Assembly (NCBI GenBank): GCA_028826165.1 | Contig: JAPDFW010000099.1 | Location: 179,066-243,065 of the forward strand | From: Anaeramoeba ignava BMAN | Taxonomy: Eukaryota > Protista > Anaeramoebae | Length of the DNA: 64,000 bases | Reading direction: 5' to 3' | Part shown: piece by piece, positions 11,584 through 25,134 of the stretch | Numbering within the stretch: position 1 is the first letter of the stretch | Layout of the letters: each line of letters begins with the position of its first letter | The notes under the pieces: generated by a model | Told to the model about the DNA's origin: nothing | What the model saw: the letters and a program-made list of their open reading frames with translations, nothing else | Database searches by the model: none | Program-made: the position numbers and the translations under genes

Positions 11584-14500
11584 ATGCAAGAATCCAATTT
11601 AATTTTTGGAGCAGGAATGAATGATTATGGACAATTAGCAATAACACCAAAACAAAATGTTCATTATTTTCAAAAAATAACAAAATATGATAAAGAAAAA
11701 GTTATATTAATAGCTGCTGGTTATCAAAATACTTTATTTGTATGTGAGAGCAATAAAGTTTATATACACGGATTAAAAGAAACAACTTTCAGCAGTTTTT
11801 TTGCTGAAAAACCACAAATTATACAAGTTAAAGCTGGTCAAGACCATTTTTTAATTCTTACTGAAGATGGTGATGTTTTTGGTTGTTTTGCTAATTCTAA
11901 TGGTCAAATTGGTCAACCTTCTTTAAATTTTATTAATACTCCTCAAAAAATTCTAATACCACATAAAGTTAACAGTATTTATTGTAGTGGTCAACAATCT
12001 TATTTTTTATTAGAGTAAAATATTTTTTAATTTTAATTTTATAAATGAATTTTAATTTTAATTTTAATTTTAATTTTATAAATGAATTTTAATTTTAATT
12101 TTAATTTTATAAATGAATTTTAATTTTAATTTTAATATTAATTTTAATTTTAATTTTAATTTTAAATTAATTTTAATTTTAATTTTAATTTTAATTTTAA
12201 TTTTAATTTTAATTTTAATTTTAATTTTATAAATGAATTTTAATTTTAATTTTATAAATGAATTTTAATTTATAAATGAATTTTAATATTAATTTTAATA
12301 TTAATTTTAATTTTAATTTTAATTTTAATTTTAATTTTAATTTTAATTTTAATTTTATAAATTAATTTTAATTTTAATTTTTAATTTTAATTTTAATTTT
12401 AATTTTAATTTTTAATTTTAATTTTAATTTTATAAATGAATTTTAATTTTAATTTTATAAATGAATTTTTTAATTTATAAATGAATTTTTAATATTAATT
12501 TTATCACAATTTTTTTTTTAATTTTAATTTTAATTTTAATTTTATAAATGAATTTTAATTTTAATTTTAATTTTTAATTTTTAATTTTTAATATTTTAAA
12601 TCACACAAATTTCATTTTTAATATTAATTTTATAAATGAATTTTAATTTTATAAATGAATTTTAATTTTATAAATGAAGGAGACACCAAATTTTAATTTT
12701 AATTTTATAAATGAATTTTAATTTTATAAATTAATTTTAATTTTATAAATGAATTTTAATTTTATAAATGAATTTTAATTTTATAAATGAATTTTAATTT
12801 TATAAATGAATTTTAATTAGAAATGGTGATTTATTTGGTTGTGGAAGAAATGATTCAGGATTATTTCCTCATTCAAAACCTGGAAATATTTCTACACCAG
12901 AATTTATTACACAATCTGTTGAAAGATTTTTTACAGGAATATATTCATCACAATATTTTTTTATTCGAAATGGAGAATTATTTTGTAGTGGAAATAATAG
13001 TTATGGACAACTTGGATTAGGACATTCAAATCCAATATCAGAAATCACACAAATATCATTTTTTTCTGGAAAGGATATTATTGATATTTCTTGTGGATTT
13101 TGTCATACTTTAGTTCTTGTTCAAGAAGGAGAAAGCCAAAAATTATACACAACAGGATATTTTGATTATAATGGATTGGCTACTCCAAGTAATTTAACCA
13201 GTTTTGAAATTCTTAAAGAATATTCTGAACCTAAAATAATTCAAATGGGTTCTGGTTCTCAATTTTCTGTTATTCTTTTGGAATCAAATAAATTTCTTAT
13301 TTTTGGTTATAATGATTGGGGTCAATTAAGTACTGGTGATACTTCTTATGTTCGTCAAGCTAGAGAAATAACTTTTCCTGAAATTAAATCTGATATGCAA
13401 GTTGAAGTTATTTGTGGTTCATATTTAACATTTATAAAAACGAGATCTGAAGATTTTTATCAATATAGAAAAATTGTATATAATGTTTTTTTAAATTTAA
13501 ATTGCAATGGTTTTAAAATATTTACTAACTTTTTATTTCTATTTAATTTTATTTAAATTTTATAAATGAACTTAAATTTTATAAATGAACTTAAATTTTA
13601 TAAATTAATTTAAACTTTATAAATGAATTTAAATTTTATAAATTAACTTAAATTTTATAAATGAATTTAAACTTTATAAATTAATTTAAATTTTATAAAT
13701 TAATTTAAATTTTATAAATTAATTTAAACTTTATAAATGAATTTAAACTTTATAAATTAATTTAAATTTTATAAATTTATTTAAACTTTATAAATTAATT
13801 TAAATTTTATAAATTAATTTAAATTTTATAAATTAATTTAAACTTTATAAATTTATTTAAATTTTATAAATTAATTTAAATTTTATAAATTTATTTAAAC
13901 TTTATAAATTAATTTAAACTTTATAAATTGAATTTAAACTTTTATAAATTAATTTAAACTTTATAAATTTATTTAAATTTTATAAATTAATTTAAATTAG
14001 CTTCAAGGTTATAATCTTAAAAATGCTTTATTGCAAATTTTTAAAAATAAAACATTTTGTGATATAGAAATTGTAAGTACAGATGGTTACTCAATTAATT
14101 TTCATTCATTAATCGCTATTCTTCGATCACAAAAACCACTTCCAATTCTTATAAAAAATTTCGAAGAAAGTTCAAGAGATGAAATTAATACTTTTCTCAC
14201 TTTTCTTTATTCTGGAATAGTTGGAAATACACATTCACTTAAGAAAATGTTCCAAAAATTACAAATCAGAAGATTTAATTTAAAAAAAAATCAAGAGGAA
14301 ATTTTTTATAAAGATATTGCATGGTTATTTTCAAAACAACAATCTAAAGACTTCACAATAATTTGTCAAAATGAAAAAATTCTCGTTCATAAAATTATTT
14401 TATTCTCAAGAAGTCCGTTTTTTTTATCTTTATTTGAAAATTCTTTATATTCTTCTTTTAAAAGTTATGAAATTCAAAAAGGATCTCCAATTTCTTTAAA

Positions 14501-14648
14501 TCATTTGATTTCTTTTCTTTATTCTGATACTTTTGATGAAAATATCCCAGAAAATATTATTAACGAAATTCAATATTTGGCAACTTTATTTGAAATTGAA
14601 TCAGATTCTCTAAAAAAATTAACTTCAAAAATTTCAGATGAAAAGTGA
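11584..14648 (+). CDS. RCC1-repeat + BTB/POZ domain protein (3 exons)
   Basis: RCC1 motifs GMNDYGQL, AGQDHFLILTEDGDVFGCFANSNGQIG, GNNSYGQLGLG, GYNDWGQL. Two BTB-like segments (FCDIEI...FHSLI; DFTII...VHKIILFSRSPFF...FLYSD). Introns at ~12016-12820 and ~13476-14000 are repeat-filled. Confidence 0.88.
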
Positions 14649-15016
14649 AGAATTTATTATTTTTTTTTTCTCCTTTTTTTTTTTTGATCTTTATTTGTTT
14701 GTTCTATTTTTTCTGGCAAACAAAATAACAAAATAACAAAATAACAAAATAACAAAATAACAAAATTTAACTTTTTTTTTTTTGAAATAGTAAAAAAAAA
14801 GAAAAACAACGAATGAAAATTGAAAATTGAAAAGAAAATTGATAAGAAAAATGATCAAAGATCGTTTTCTCCTTTTTAATTTGCTTTTTTAATTTCAATT
14901 TCAATTTTTAAAAAAATTTAAAAAATTAAAAAATTAAAAATCATTTTTTTTCTTTTTCTTTTTCTTTTTCTTTTTCTTTGTTTTTTCTTAATTTCTTAAT
15001 TTCTTAATTTTTATTT

Positions 15017-18000
15017 ATGATTCCATATTCTGAAAAAAAATTATCAGAAAAAAAACAAGAAACAGATCAAAAACAGATTAATTTCGTTAATCAAACTAAA
15101 TGTAAAAATTAAAATTAAAATTAAAATTAAAATTGAAATTAAAATTAAAATTCGTTTATAATATTAAAATTAAAATTTGTTTTGATAATTTGTTAAAAAG
15201 GTTATCGACCAAGAACAATTTTTGAAATTTCAAGATTAAAAGTTACAATTAAAAGAACAATTGATATTAGCACATTACCAAATGCTTTTAAAACTTTACA
15301 AAATTTTTTAAGAATTTTACCCAGTTTGTTTTACAAATTAAATTTGAATTTAAAATTAAAATTTAAAATCAAAATCAATATTAAAATTAAAATTAAAATT
15401 AATATTAAAATTAAATTCGAAATTAAAATTAAAATTAAAATTAAAATTTAAAATCAAAATTTAAAATTAAAATCAAAATCAAAATTAAAATTAATATTAA
15501 AATTAAAATAAAATCAAATTTAAATTTAAAATTAAAATTAAAATTAATATTAAATTAAAATTAAAATTAAAATTAAAATTTAAAATTAAAATTAAAACCA
15601 AAATTAAAATTAAATTTAAAATTTAAAATCAAAATTAAAATTAAAATTAAAATTAAAATTAAAATTAAAATCAAAATTAAAATTAAAATCAAAATCAATA
15701 TTAATATTCATTTATAAAATTAAAATTAAATTAAAAATTAAAATTCATTTATAAAATTTTGAATTTCTTTCTGTATTTGTTTCGAAAAGGTAATGAAGAA
15801 TTAAGCTCAATCTTCTCTTTAGAACCAATTAATTTCCCAATAGAACTTGAAAATTTACCAAAAGAAAAAAACCAACAAATAGAATTTGAAATTATAAAAT
15901 TAGAAAAAATATTAAATGATGTAAAAATATTAAATAATGGAAAAAAAATTTAATTGTAATTTAAATTGAAAAAAAAACAAAATTTTTATTGTAAAAATCA
16001 TTTAGCAAAATGAAAAAAATTCTTTTGAAAAATTATCAATGTTTATAAAACTTGGAGTTCTTTATATTTCACAAAATAAACTTAATCAAGCTTTGCAATT
16101 ATTTTTAGATGTTTCTCAATACTTTCCTCAAAATCCCAGTCTTACTTTTAACTTCAAAATTCTTTATGCAAAAACATTAATATTAAATTCAGAAATTAAA
16201 AAAGCAAAACAGTTTCTCAAGAAAATGCAAGAACAAACCAACAAAACAGACTATGAATCACTTGCACATTTACATTATACTCTTAGTTCATGTTATTCAA
16301 AAACAAATAATACAGAAAAATGTCTTGTTTATCTTTTGAAATCTTTCCAAAACGTTTTGAAATCAGGATTTGATAAAAAAAAATCTCAAAGAAAAGAAAA
16401 CAAAATTCTTCAAAAAGTAACACAAACTCAAAGCCATCCTACAAATGAAAAGGATATTGCTAAATCTCGTTCAGTAATTATTTTTAGATCAGCAAATATT
16501 CCTTCTTTTGAACATATGAACGAACCAAACGAACAAACAAGAAATACTCCTTCTAATTTAGCAATTTCGGATCCTATAATGTGCTTTTAATCCTGAAATT
16601 TCTCATATTTTAACTTATCTTTGTTATAAAATTGGTGTTTATTATTTTAAACATTTCTCTAAATTTTTGGAACATCAAAAACTTTGTTTAAAATTTCTTG
16701 AAAAAGCTGAAAGTTATTCAAATTATCTCCATATTAATCATCTTATACCTTTGATACAAGAATCGATTAAATTATTTATAAATGTAAAATATTCCAAAAT
16801 AATTTTTCAATTCGAAAAACAAAAAACTAACAAAAAAATTTTTCTTTTTCTTTTTAGGAATCTGATCAAAATATCCAAATTAATAAAAACCAAGATATGA
16901 AAAATACTTCAGAATCAATAAATAATAAAAAAAATGAAGATGAAGATGATGAAGATGATGATTTTTTTGAAGGATGGGGTACTGATTATAAAATTGAATC
17001 TCAAAATTTTCAATTAGGAGCTTATGCACAATTATTACAAGGATTTGTAAATTAAAATTAAAATTAAAATTCAAATTCAAAATTCAAATTCAAATTAAAA
17101 TTCAAAATTAAAATTCAAAATTTAAAATTATCTTGTTTATAAATAGCTTGAAGAAGAAGATGAAAGTGATGATCAAATTCCTTCAAGATGGAAACTTATA
17201 AATGATGAACCAGTTGAAATTGATGAAGAAGTTTCAATTCAATTATTTTCAGATTCACTGGGATTCTTTAATTTTTCAACCAATTTTTATGAATGGATTT
17301 CAAATTTAATTTCTAAACATTCAAATTTTCAATTTAGACAAAAATATCTTGTTGAAAATTTTAATATTGAACAAATTAGATTGCATTTAAAACCTGTAAA
17401 GAAAAAGAAAAAGAAAAAAAAAGAAAAAGAAAATATTTAAATTTTATTTTTTTTTTATTTTTTATATTTAATTTATATTGATTTAGCTTTCAGCAAAATG
17501 GTGCTATTTTATATTTGAAATTATTCAATCAATATTTGACAAAAACCCTGATGAAATGCAAACTCTCTTAAAAATGCATTTTGACCAATTTTCTAGTTTG
17601 GATTTATCAGAAATAAATGATACTGATCAAGAAGAATTATTTTTCTTTTCTCTTGAAATTTTGCGAACTGTTGGATCTTTACCAAATTTTGATACCAAAA
17701 ATTTAAATGAATGGAACAATAAATTCGGAGAGCCAAAAAATACAAAGCAACCATTTATTGATTTAGTTATCAATGAAATTCGTTCTCATCATCTCCATAA
17801 AAACTCAGTTAGTTTTGAATTCCAAGAAATCACAAAGGAATACAGAAGGATTTATTTCCAAAATCAACAAAAAACACTCAACAGTTTGATGGTTCAAGCA
17901 TTTGCTGTTTCAAATTTGCATTTGCACTTGAATTTCATATCTTCCTTAACAATGGAAAACAAAGATATTGATGAATCTTCAGATTATACAATGAATGAAA

Positions 18001-21000
18001 TTGTTGAATTTGAAAAATTATGTTCTTCCAATTTGCAATCCAAACTTGCCTCAGATTTATTTTTTCGTTTTCGACTCATTTTCGAACTTTATTTCCAATT
18101 ATCCGATTTATTTCCTGCTATTTATTCAGATTCTTCTTCCTCGTTTTTTGTTGAAAATTTCTACCAAAATTTACAAATCAAAATGTCATTTTGTCTCGCT
18201 CAAATTAATGAGAAATTAGACAATTTAATGAGGGCAGAACAATTTCTCTGTGAATGCTTGTTTTTGCTTGATTCCTTATCAGAAAGATATCAAAAACAAA
18301 CCAAAATTATGAATAAAAATCCTGTTTTATTTGATACAGAAGATGAACAAGAACAGCAAAAACAACAAAAACAACTTGAATCTAAAAATAATAAAAATAA
18401 AAATAAAAATAAAAACAAAAATAAAGACAAAAGCAACAATAAAAAAGAAACAAAAGAAAATAATGAAATTAGTAGTGATACTGAAGATCAAAATGATGAA
18501 AACAAACAAAAATTTTGGAATAATATTAATACAAATGATGAATATGAAGATGGAGATGAAGATAGTAGTGATAATGATGGCATAGATGAAGCCAAGATCA
18601 AATTGAAATTTGAAAAAATACAAAAAAAACATTATTTGAAACCAGCATTACTCTCACATTTTGGACAAGTTTTATTTGAAAAATTTGGGGAAATTCTATT
18701 ATTAAATACAAAAAAGAAGGCAGCCGCATTATCTTTAGAGAATTTAATATTCACGAAAAAAATACTAAATGAGGAAATTGATGATAATTTTTTGCGCAAA
18801 GTTGCAGTGCTTTTCCAAGAATCAGGAGATTGGAAAAAAGCAGTTTCTTATTACATGTCGATTTTAGAAAGCTTAGCATCTCAGGATAAAACAAATGAGA
18901 TTGTGCTTGTTTCTGATGTGATTTCTTCCATTTTATTAGATCACGGAAGATTTCATTATGCGGAAAGAATTATCAAACAAACCATCTCTATTCTTACTCC
19001 ACAAAAAGCGGGAATAAAAGAAGGACTTATCAAACTTGATTCTCAATGTCTTGATTTAATTATCCGTTTGGCAGTATTATATATGAAAAGTTTTTATATA
19101 GAAAGAGCGATCACACTTCTCAAGGACATACAAAAAACTAACATTTCAAACAATTCAAAGACATCAACAATCATTTTACTATTAGCAAAATCATATATCA
19201 AAAAAAGATGGCCAATTCAAGCTCAAAAACAACTAATCAAATATGAAAATATGGAATCAACAAAATTCCAAAAAGAAAATGCCAATATAAATACCAAAAA
19301 CAAAGAAAACAACATTCATCAAATGAATTATCCTTCAAATTTTATTCAACAAATTGTGGAAGATCATTATGAATACATATTACTTTTAGTGAAATATTCG
19401 CACTTGATTCCGCAAATTGCTGATTCTCTTTTTTATATTGATCTTCTTATTAATAATACATCAAAAAAAAATATCAGTCGATTAGGAAGCTTATATTATC
19501 TGAAAGGGAAATCACTGCAAAAATTTGGATCTATATGCTACAAACAAGGAACACACTTCCCAATATCAATCCAGTTAACTTTCATGTTTCTTCGGCAGGA
19601 ACCGTTTATTCATTTAGTTAGACAAATGAAACTATCCAAAGAATTCTCACGCAAAACAACTTTCAGATCACTTGCCGAAGTTGTTAGCTATTCTGTCGAC
19701 TCTTATGAAAGAAGTGAATATTACTATCGAAGAGCAGGAAATGATATCAAAGTTGGGAAGGCATATACATATCTTATTGAAACAATTTTAGATTATGTAT
19801 TTCCACAAGTAGGATTATTAAAACATGATTTTTCTGAAGTTGGGAAATTGCCTGTTATCCAAAGTGAGATTATCAATGCTAATGAAAAAAGAAAAACAAG
19901 AGTTTTTGCAATTCGACCAGATAAAAAAGCCAAAGATAAAAATAATAATAATAATAATAACAACAACAATCAAGAATTAGACATTTCACTTTTCGATATA
20001 AATTCACAACAAAATGAGGAATTCTCAATCAATATGCAAAATTATTCTGAAATTTCTTTGGAAAATTTAGAAGAAACCTTAACAATCGCCACAGATATTG
20101 CTGCCAGTTTTTCTCGTCCAATTCTACTAATGAAATGCTATTTGTGTTTTAGTGAAATTTATTTCCTTCAGAATCAGCAAGCAAAGGCAATTCAATATTG
20201 GAATGAAGCTTATGAGCAATTTTTCGAACTATTTATGAATGGGAATCAATGCATTCTTCAAAATGCACCACCAAACATGATTGAGAGACTTTTGCAAATA
20301 GTTAAAAAAATGACTCAATTTTTAGTGTGTCTTGGATTTGATAAAATTGAGCAACATTTATTATTATTTGATACATATGTCCAACTCCAAAATGTACAAT
20401 TTGTCTCTGTGAACAGAAGTATTCGGTCTGCATCTGCGATATTAGGATCTATAGATACAAAAGATAGTTTATTCTCTGATGAAAATTTCGATATATTCGA
20501 TCTAGATTCAAAGAAAAACAGCAAAAACAAAAACAAAAACAAAAGCAAAAGCAAAAACTTTAGCATAAAACCTTGGAATGCAAAAACATGGAATTCTACT
20601 ACATCAAGAAAATTGTCAGGAAAATTAAAAGATTTTCTCAAATCAAATTCTTATCCAAACATTCACTCGCTTCCTGAACAAAGCAGTCAATTACATCTTT
20701 TTCGGTCAAATAATCCCGAAAAATCATCAAAAAACAAAATTCTCTTTCCAGCAGAAAGCATGAATGAGATCAGAAATTTAGATACAAACGATATCAAGAA
20801 AATGCATTTGTTGATTTCGTCTCAGATTTTAATGAAAGTGTTAGTCCAAACACATATTCCAACACCAAATTTTCTTGAAGTATGGAGGAAAAGTGTTAGG
20901 GATTTATTTGGAATTGAAGAATGGAATGATGTTCTTAGAAATGGATATTCATTCTCACTTAGCACCAACAGTTTTATCAATGTATCTTTTCCTCAAATCA

Positions 21001-24000
21001 GAAACAAATTAAAATGTTCAACACCATCTGAAAAGATTTGGGGTTATTTGCATAGTATCAACACAACTAATGCTTTTGCTTTTCTATCTTATAATGAAAT
21101 TAAACAAAAAAACCAACTTTTACTTCATAAAATTATCAAAACTACCCAAAAAGAAGTTTCTCAGAACAAAAATCTTCAATCAATTATTCAGTTTCATATT
21201 TCAAACAAAGATAATTTTGCGATTAAATCAACTGAAAGGAAACCAATTATTGATGGATCTATTTCTATATCTGAAACTCAAGATTCTTTTACAGAACATA
21301 CTTTTTCAATTAGTGAACAAATTAAAGAAAATTCTTTAACTAGATCACCATTAAGTATACAACCTAATATTAAAGATTATGAAAATGAAAATATAAATGA
21401 AATTATAAATGAAAATAATGAAAATAAAAATATAAATGAAATTAATGAAATTAAAAATAAAAATAAAAATATAAATGAAAATGAAAATAAAAATGAAATT
21501 GAAATTAAAAATGAAAATATAATTAAAAATGAAAATGAAAATGAAATTATAAATGAAAATCAAAATAAAAATGAAAATGAAATTAAAAATGAAAATGAAA
21601 ATGAAAATGAAAATATAAAAATGAAAATAAAAATGAAATTAAAAATGAAATTGAAAATGAAATTAAAAATAAAAATGAAAATGAAAATGAAAATGAAATT
21701 AAAAATAAAAATATAATTAAAAATAAAAATGAAAATCAAAATGAAAATGAAAATAAAAATGAAAATGAAAATGAAAATGAATTATCATTTGATAAATGGG
21801 AAGATAGTGATGAAAATGAAATTAAAAATGAAAATAAAAATGAAAATGAAAATGAAAATAAAAATGAAAATGAAAATGAAAATGAATTATCATTTGATAA
21901 ATGGGAAGATAGTGATGAAAATGAAATTAAAAATGAAAATGAAAATAAAAATGAAAATGAAAATGAAAATGAAATTAAAAATGAAATTAAAAATAAAAAT
22001 GAAAATGAAAATGAAATTAAAAATGAAATTAAAAATGAAATTAAAAATAAAAATGAAAATGAAATTAAAAATAAAAATATAATTAAAAATAAAAATGAAA
22101 ATGAAAATGAAAATGAAAATGAAAATGAATTATCATTTGATAAATGGAAAGATAGTGATGAAGATGAAGATGAAAATAAAAATCAAAATGAAATTAAAAA
22201 TCAAAATGAAATTAAAAATGAAAATAAAAATGAAAATATAAATGAAATTAAAAATCAAAATGAAATTAAAAATGAAAATAAAAATGAAAATGAAAATGAA
22301 AATATAAATGAAATTAAAAATGAAAATGAAAATAAAAATCAAAATGAAATTAAAAATCAAAATCAAAATCAAAATGAAATTAAAAATGAAAATGAAATTA
22401 AAAATGAAAATGAAAATGAAAATGAAAATCAAAATGAAATTAAAAATGAAAATGAAATTAAAAATGAAAATAAAAATGAAAATGAAAATAAATCTTTACT
22501 TGATAAATGGAAAGATAGTGATGAAGATGAAAACTTTGATAATTTTAAAATAGAAAATAAATTCAAAGAAGAAATTAAAAAAAAAGAATTATCACTTGAT
22601 AAATGGAAAGATAACGATGAAGATGAAAACTTTGATTTTATTAAAATTCCCAAAAATATTCTAAGTCCACGTCTTCAACCTAAAATAGATCAAAATCAAA
22701 ATCAAAATCAGAATCAAAATCAAAATCAAAATCATAATAATAATAATTCTGAAATCAAAAGAGACGCTACAGAACCAATTAAAGATCAAAAACAAGGAAG
22801 AATGACAAAAATATTATTTGACAAAAAAAGCATACAAGAACATCATAGTGTTCCAACTCTCCCAAAAAATAATCCATTTCAAAAAGAAAAAAATCAAAAT
22901 CAAAATCAAAATCAATCATTAATTAAAAAATTTGATAAATGGAAAGATAATGACGAAGATGGAGATTTCAGAAGTTTTAATTTCAATGGATCTCAAAAAA
23001 AATTCACAAAATATATAAAAAATCCAAATTTCGAAAATGAAAATGAAAATGAAAATCAAAATGAAAATCAAAATGAAAATCAAAATGAAAATCAAAATCA
23101 AAATCAAGAAAAAATCAGAAAAATAAATTTCACAAACGAAGATGAAGAAATTGAAAATGAAATTCAAAAAGAAAAAGAAATTCAAAAACAAAAACAAAAG
23201 GAAAAAGAAGAAAAAGAAGAAAAAAAGAAACAAAAATTCTTTTTAAACCCAGCATTTCATTTTCAATCTTTAGTGAAAATCCAACCAAAACTATCACATT
23301 TAGCTTATATTTTACTATTGGATCAATTTATCATCACAATAGTTCCTGAAGTGAAAGAAAAACAAGTAATAATTTTAATACCGAATCATTCAAAACAAAA
23401 CGAGGATCAAAAATTTTCAACAACACATCAAAAAGCAAGCGAAAAAATTCGTAGATCATCGATATCTAAAAAACAGAATTTTATGAATGAGAAAAATGAA
23501 AAGCAAATTCCAAAAGCACTTATACCAACTGTTTTTGGATTTGATGATTCAGAATCAACAACAACAAGAACATTTTCATATAATACAGAAAAAACAGAAG
23601 AAAATACGAATTCAGATACAAAAGACACAGAAGGAGATTTGAGTTTTGACGAGAAAAACGTCCCGCAAACATCGAAAGATTTAACGAGCGATTCTCAATC
23701 AATTGGATTACAAAGCTCTTTAGTCATCACGGAAAAAGAAGAAAACGGGAACACTAAAAAAATGCAAAATAACGAAAAACAACAAGAAACAAAAACACAA
23801 ATCATTCAAGAAATTGCAATTACAGACATTTTGAAGAAGTATTTGTATGATATGATTATTAAACAAACAGAAACCAAAACAAAAGCAAAACCCAATTTTC
23901 AAAAAATCATTCCTTTCCATTTATCTTTTGCAATAAGACAATTTACATCGGAAGGAATTATTCAAGAAAATCATTTTGAAGAAAGTAAAATTGCAGAAAA

Positions 24001-25021
24001 AATGGGCGTGAATTCAAAATCAAATCAATACAACAAGAAAAGACGGAAATCAATTAAAAAACAAACAGGAATTTCTGCATTACTTTCACTTTGGAATGCA
24101 AAAGAAAAATTACCAGAATTGGGAAGTGTTCGTCTTCCAATTATTTTGGTTTGCAGTCATTATCTCCATTTATTTCCTTATGAAAGTTTCCATAATCAAG
24201 ATTGTGTTGTTCGTTTTTTTTCAATTCTTGATTGTATTAAACAAGAAATTCAAGTCGAACAAAATTTGCAAAACAAAAAACAATTTCCTTGGTTGCCTCA
24301 TTATTTGGGATTTAATTTACCGCAAGAAATTTCAAAAAAAATTGATAATATTGATGCTTTAAAAATTAAGTTCATCAACGAATTGATGGTGAATTTGAAC
24401 CATTTTGATTATTATAATAATTTGAATTATTTGAATAATTATGACAATTTTCAAGAAGATGAAAAAAATGAATTAAATGAAAAAATTGAAGAAAATGAAT
24501 CAAATCAAAAAATTGAAGAAAATCAAAAAAATCAAAAAAATCAATTAAATCAATTTTTTTATGAATCAACAAAAAATATGGAAAATTTATTTCCTTCAGA
24601 AACTCCACTTATAAAACTAATAAATACAGGAATTTTTTCCAGAAAAAATCATCCATTTGTTGATATAATTGATGCTTATCAACAAGAAACAGATATAGAA
24701 TATTTACAGAATTGTGTTGAACATTTACTATCAAAAAATGAATATCCAGTTATTATTTTATCGTTTTCTGATTTATTATTATTTCCTAAAGTTGTTTATG
24801 AAGTTATTTCTTTTTATTCTGATTTTTCTTTTTTAATTATTCCTCAAAAATTCGTTTTTTTTATCACAAAATATTTCCTTAAAGTTCAACGTGTTTATTT
24901 GAAATCTTTAAAGAAAAAATATTTTAATGTTCTCTCTCCAAGTGAATTTTTATTGAAAACTATTCAAACAATTCGTCAAGAACTTGGAATTCCAATTTTT
25001 GTTTTCAATCCAAAATTTTAA
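15017..25021 (+). CDS. Giant (~3000 aa) TPR/helical-repeat protein with a C-terminal separase/CHAT-like motif; two frame breaks (~16588, ~21615)
   Basis: GT-AG exons join ORFs 15759, 16039, 16667, 17556 and 22802. TPR-like helices include LGVLYISQNKLNQALQLF, VAVLFQESGDWKKAVSYY and LLDHGRFHYAERII. C-terminal IILVCSHYLHLFPYES...VVRFFS. The frame breaks sit in a T4 run and in an (AAAATG)n tract. Confidence 0.7.
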
Positions 25022-25134
25022 TTTGAGATTTTTTTTTAAAAGAAAAGAAAAGAAAAGAAAAATAAAAATTTTAATTTTTCATTTTTTCATTTTTTCATTT
25101 TTTCATTTTTTTCCTTTTTTTTTTTTAAAAGAAA

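Noticed and set aside
21610-22553. MKMKIK ORFs and an apparent gene boundary at 21716
   Set aside because: These are out-of-frame readings of an (AAAATG)n Glu-Asn tract after a probable 1-nt indel. The alternative frame appears to run on into ORF 22802.
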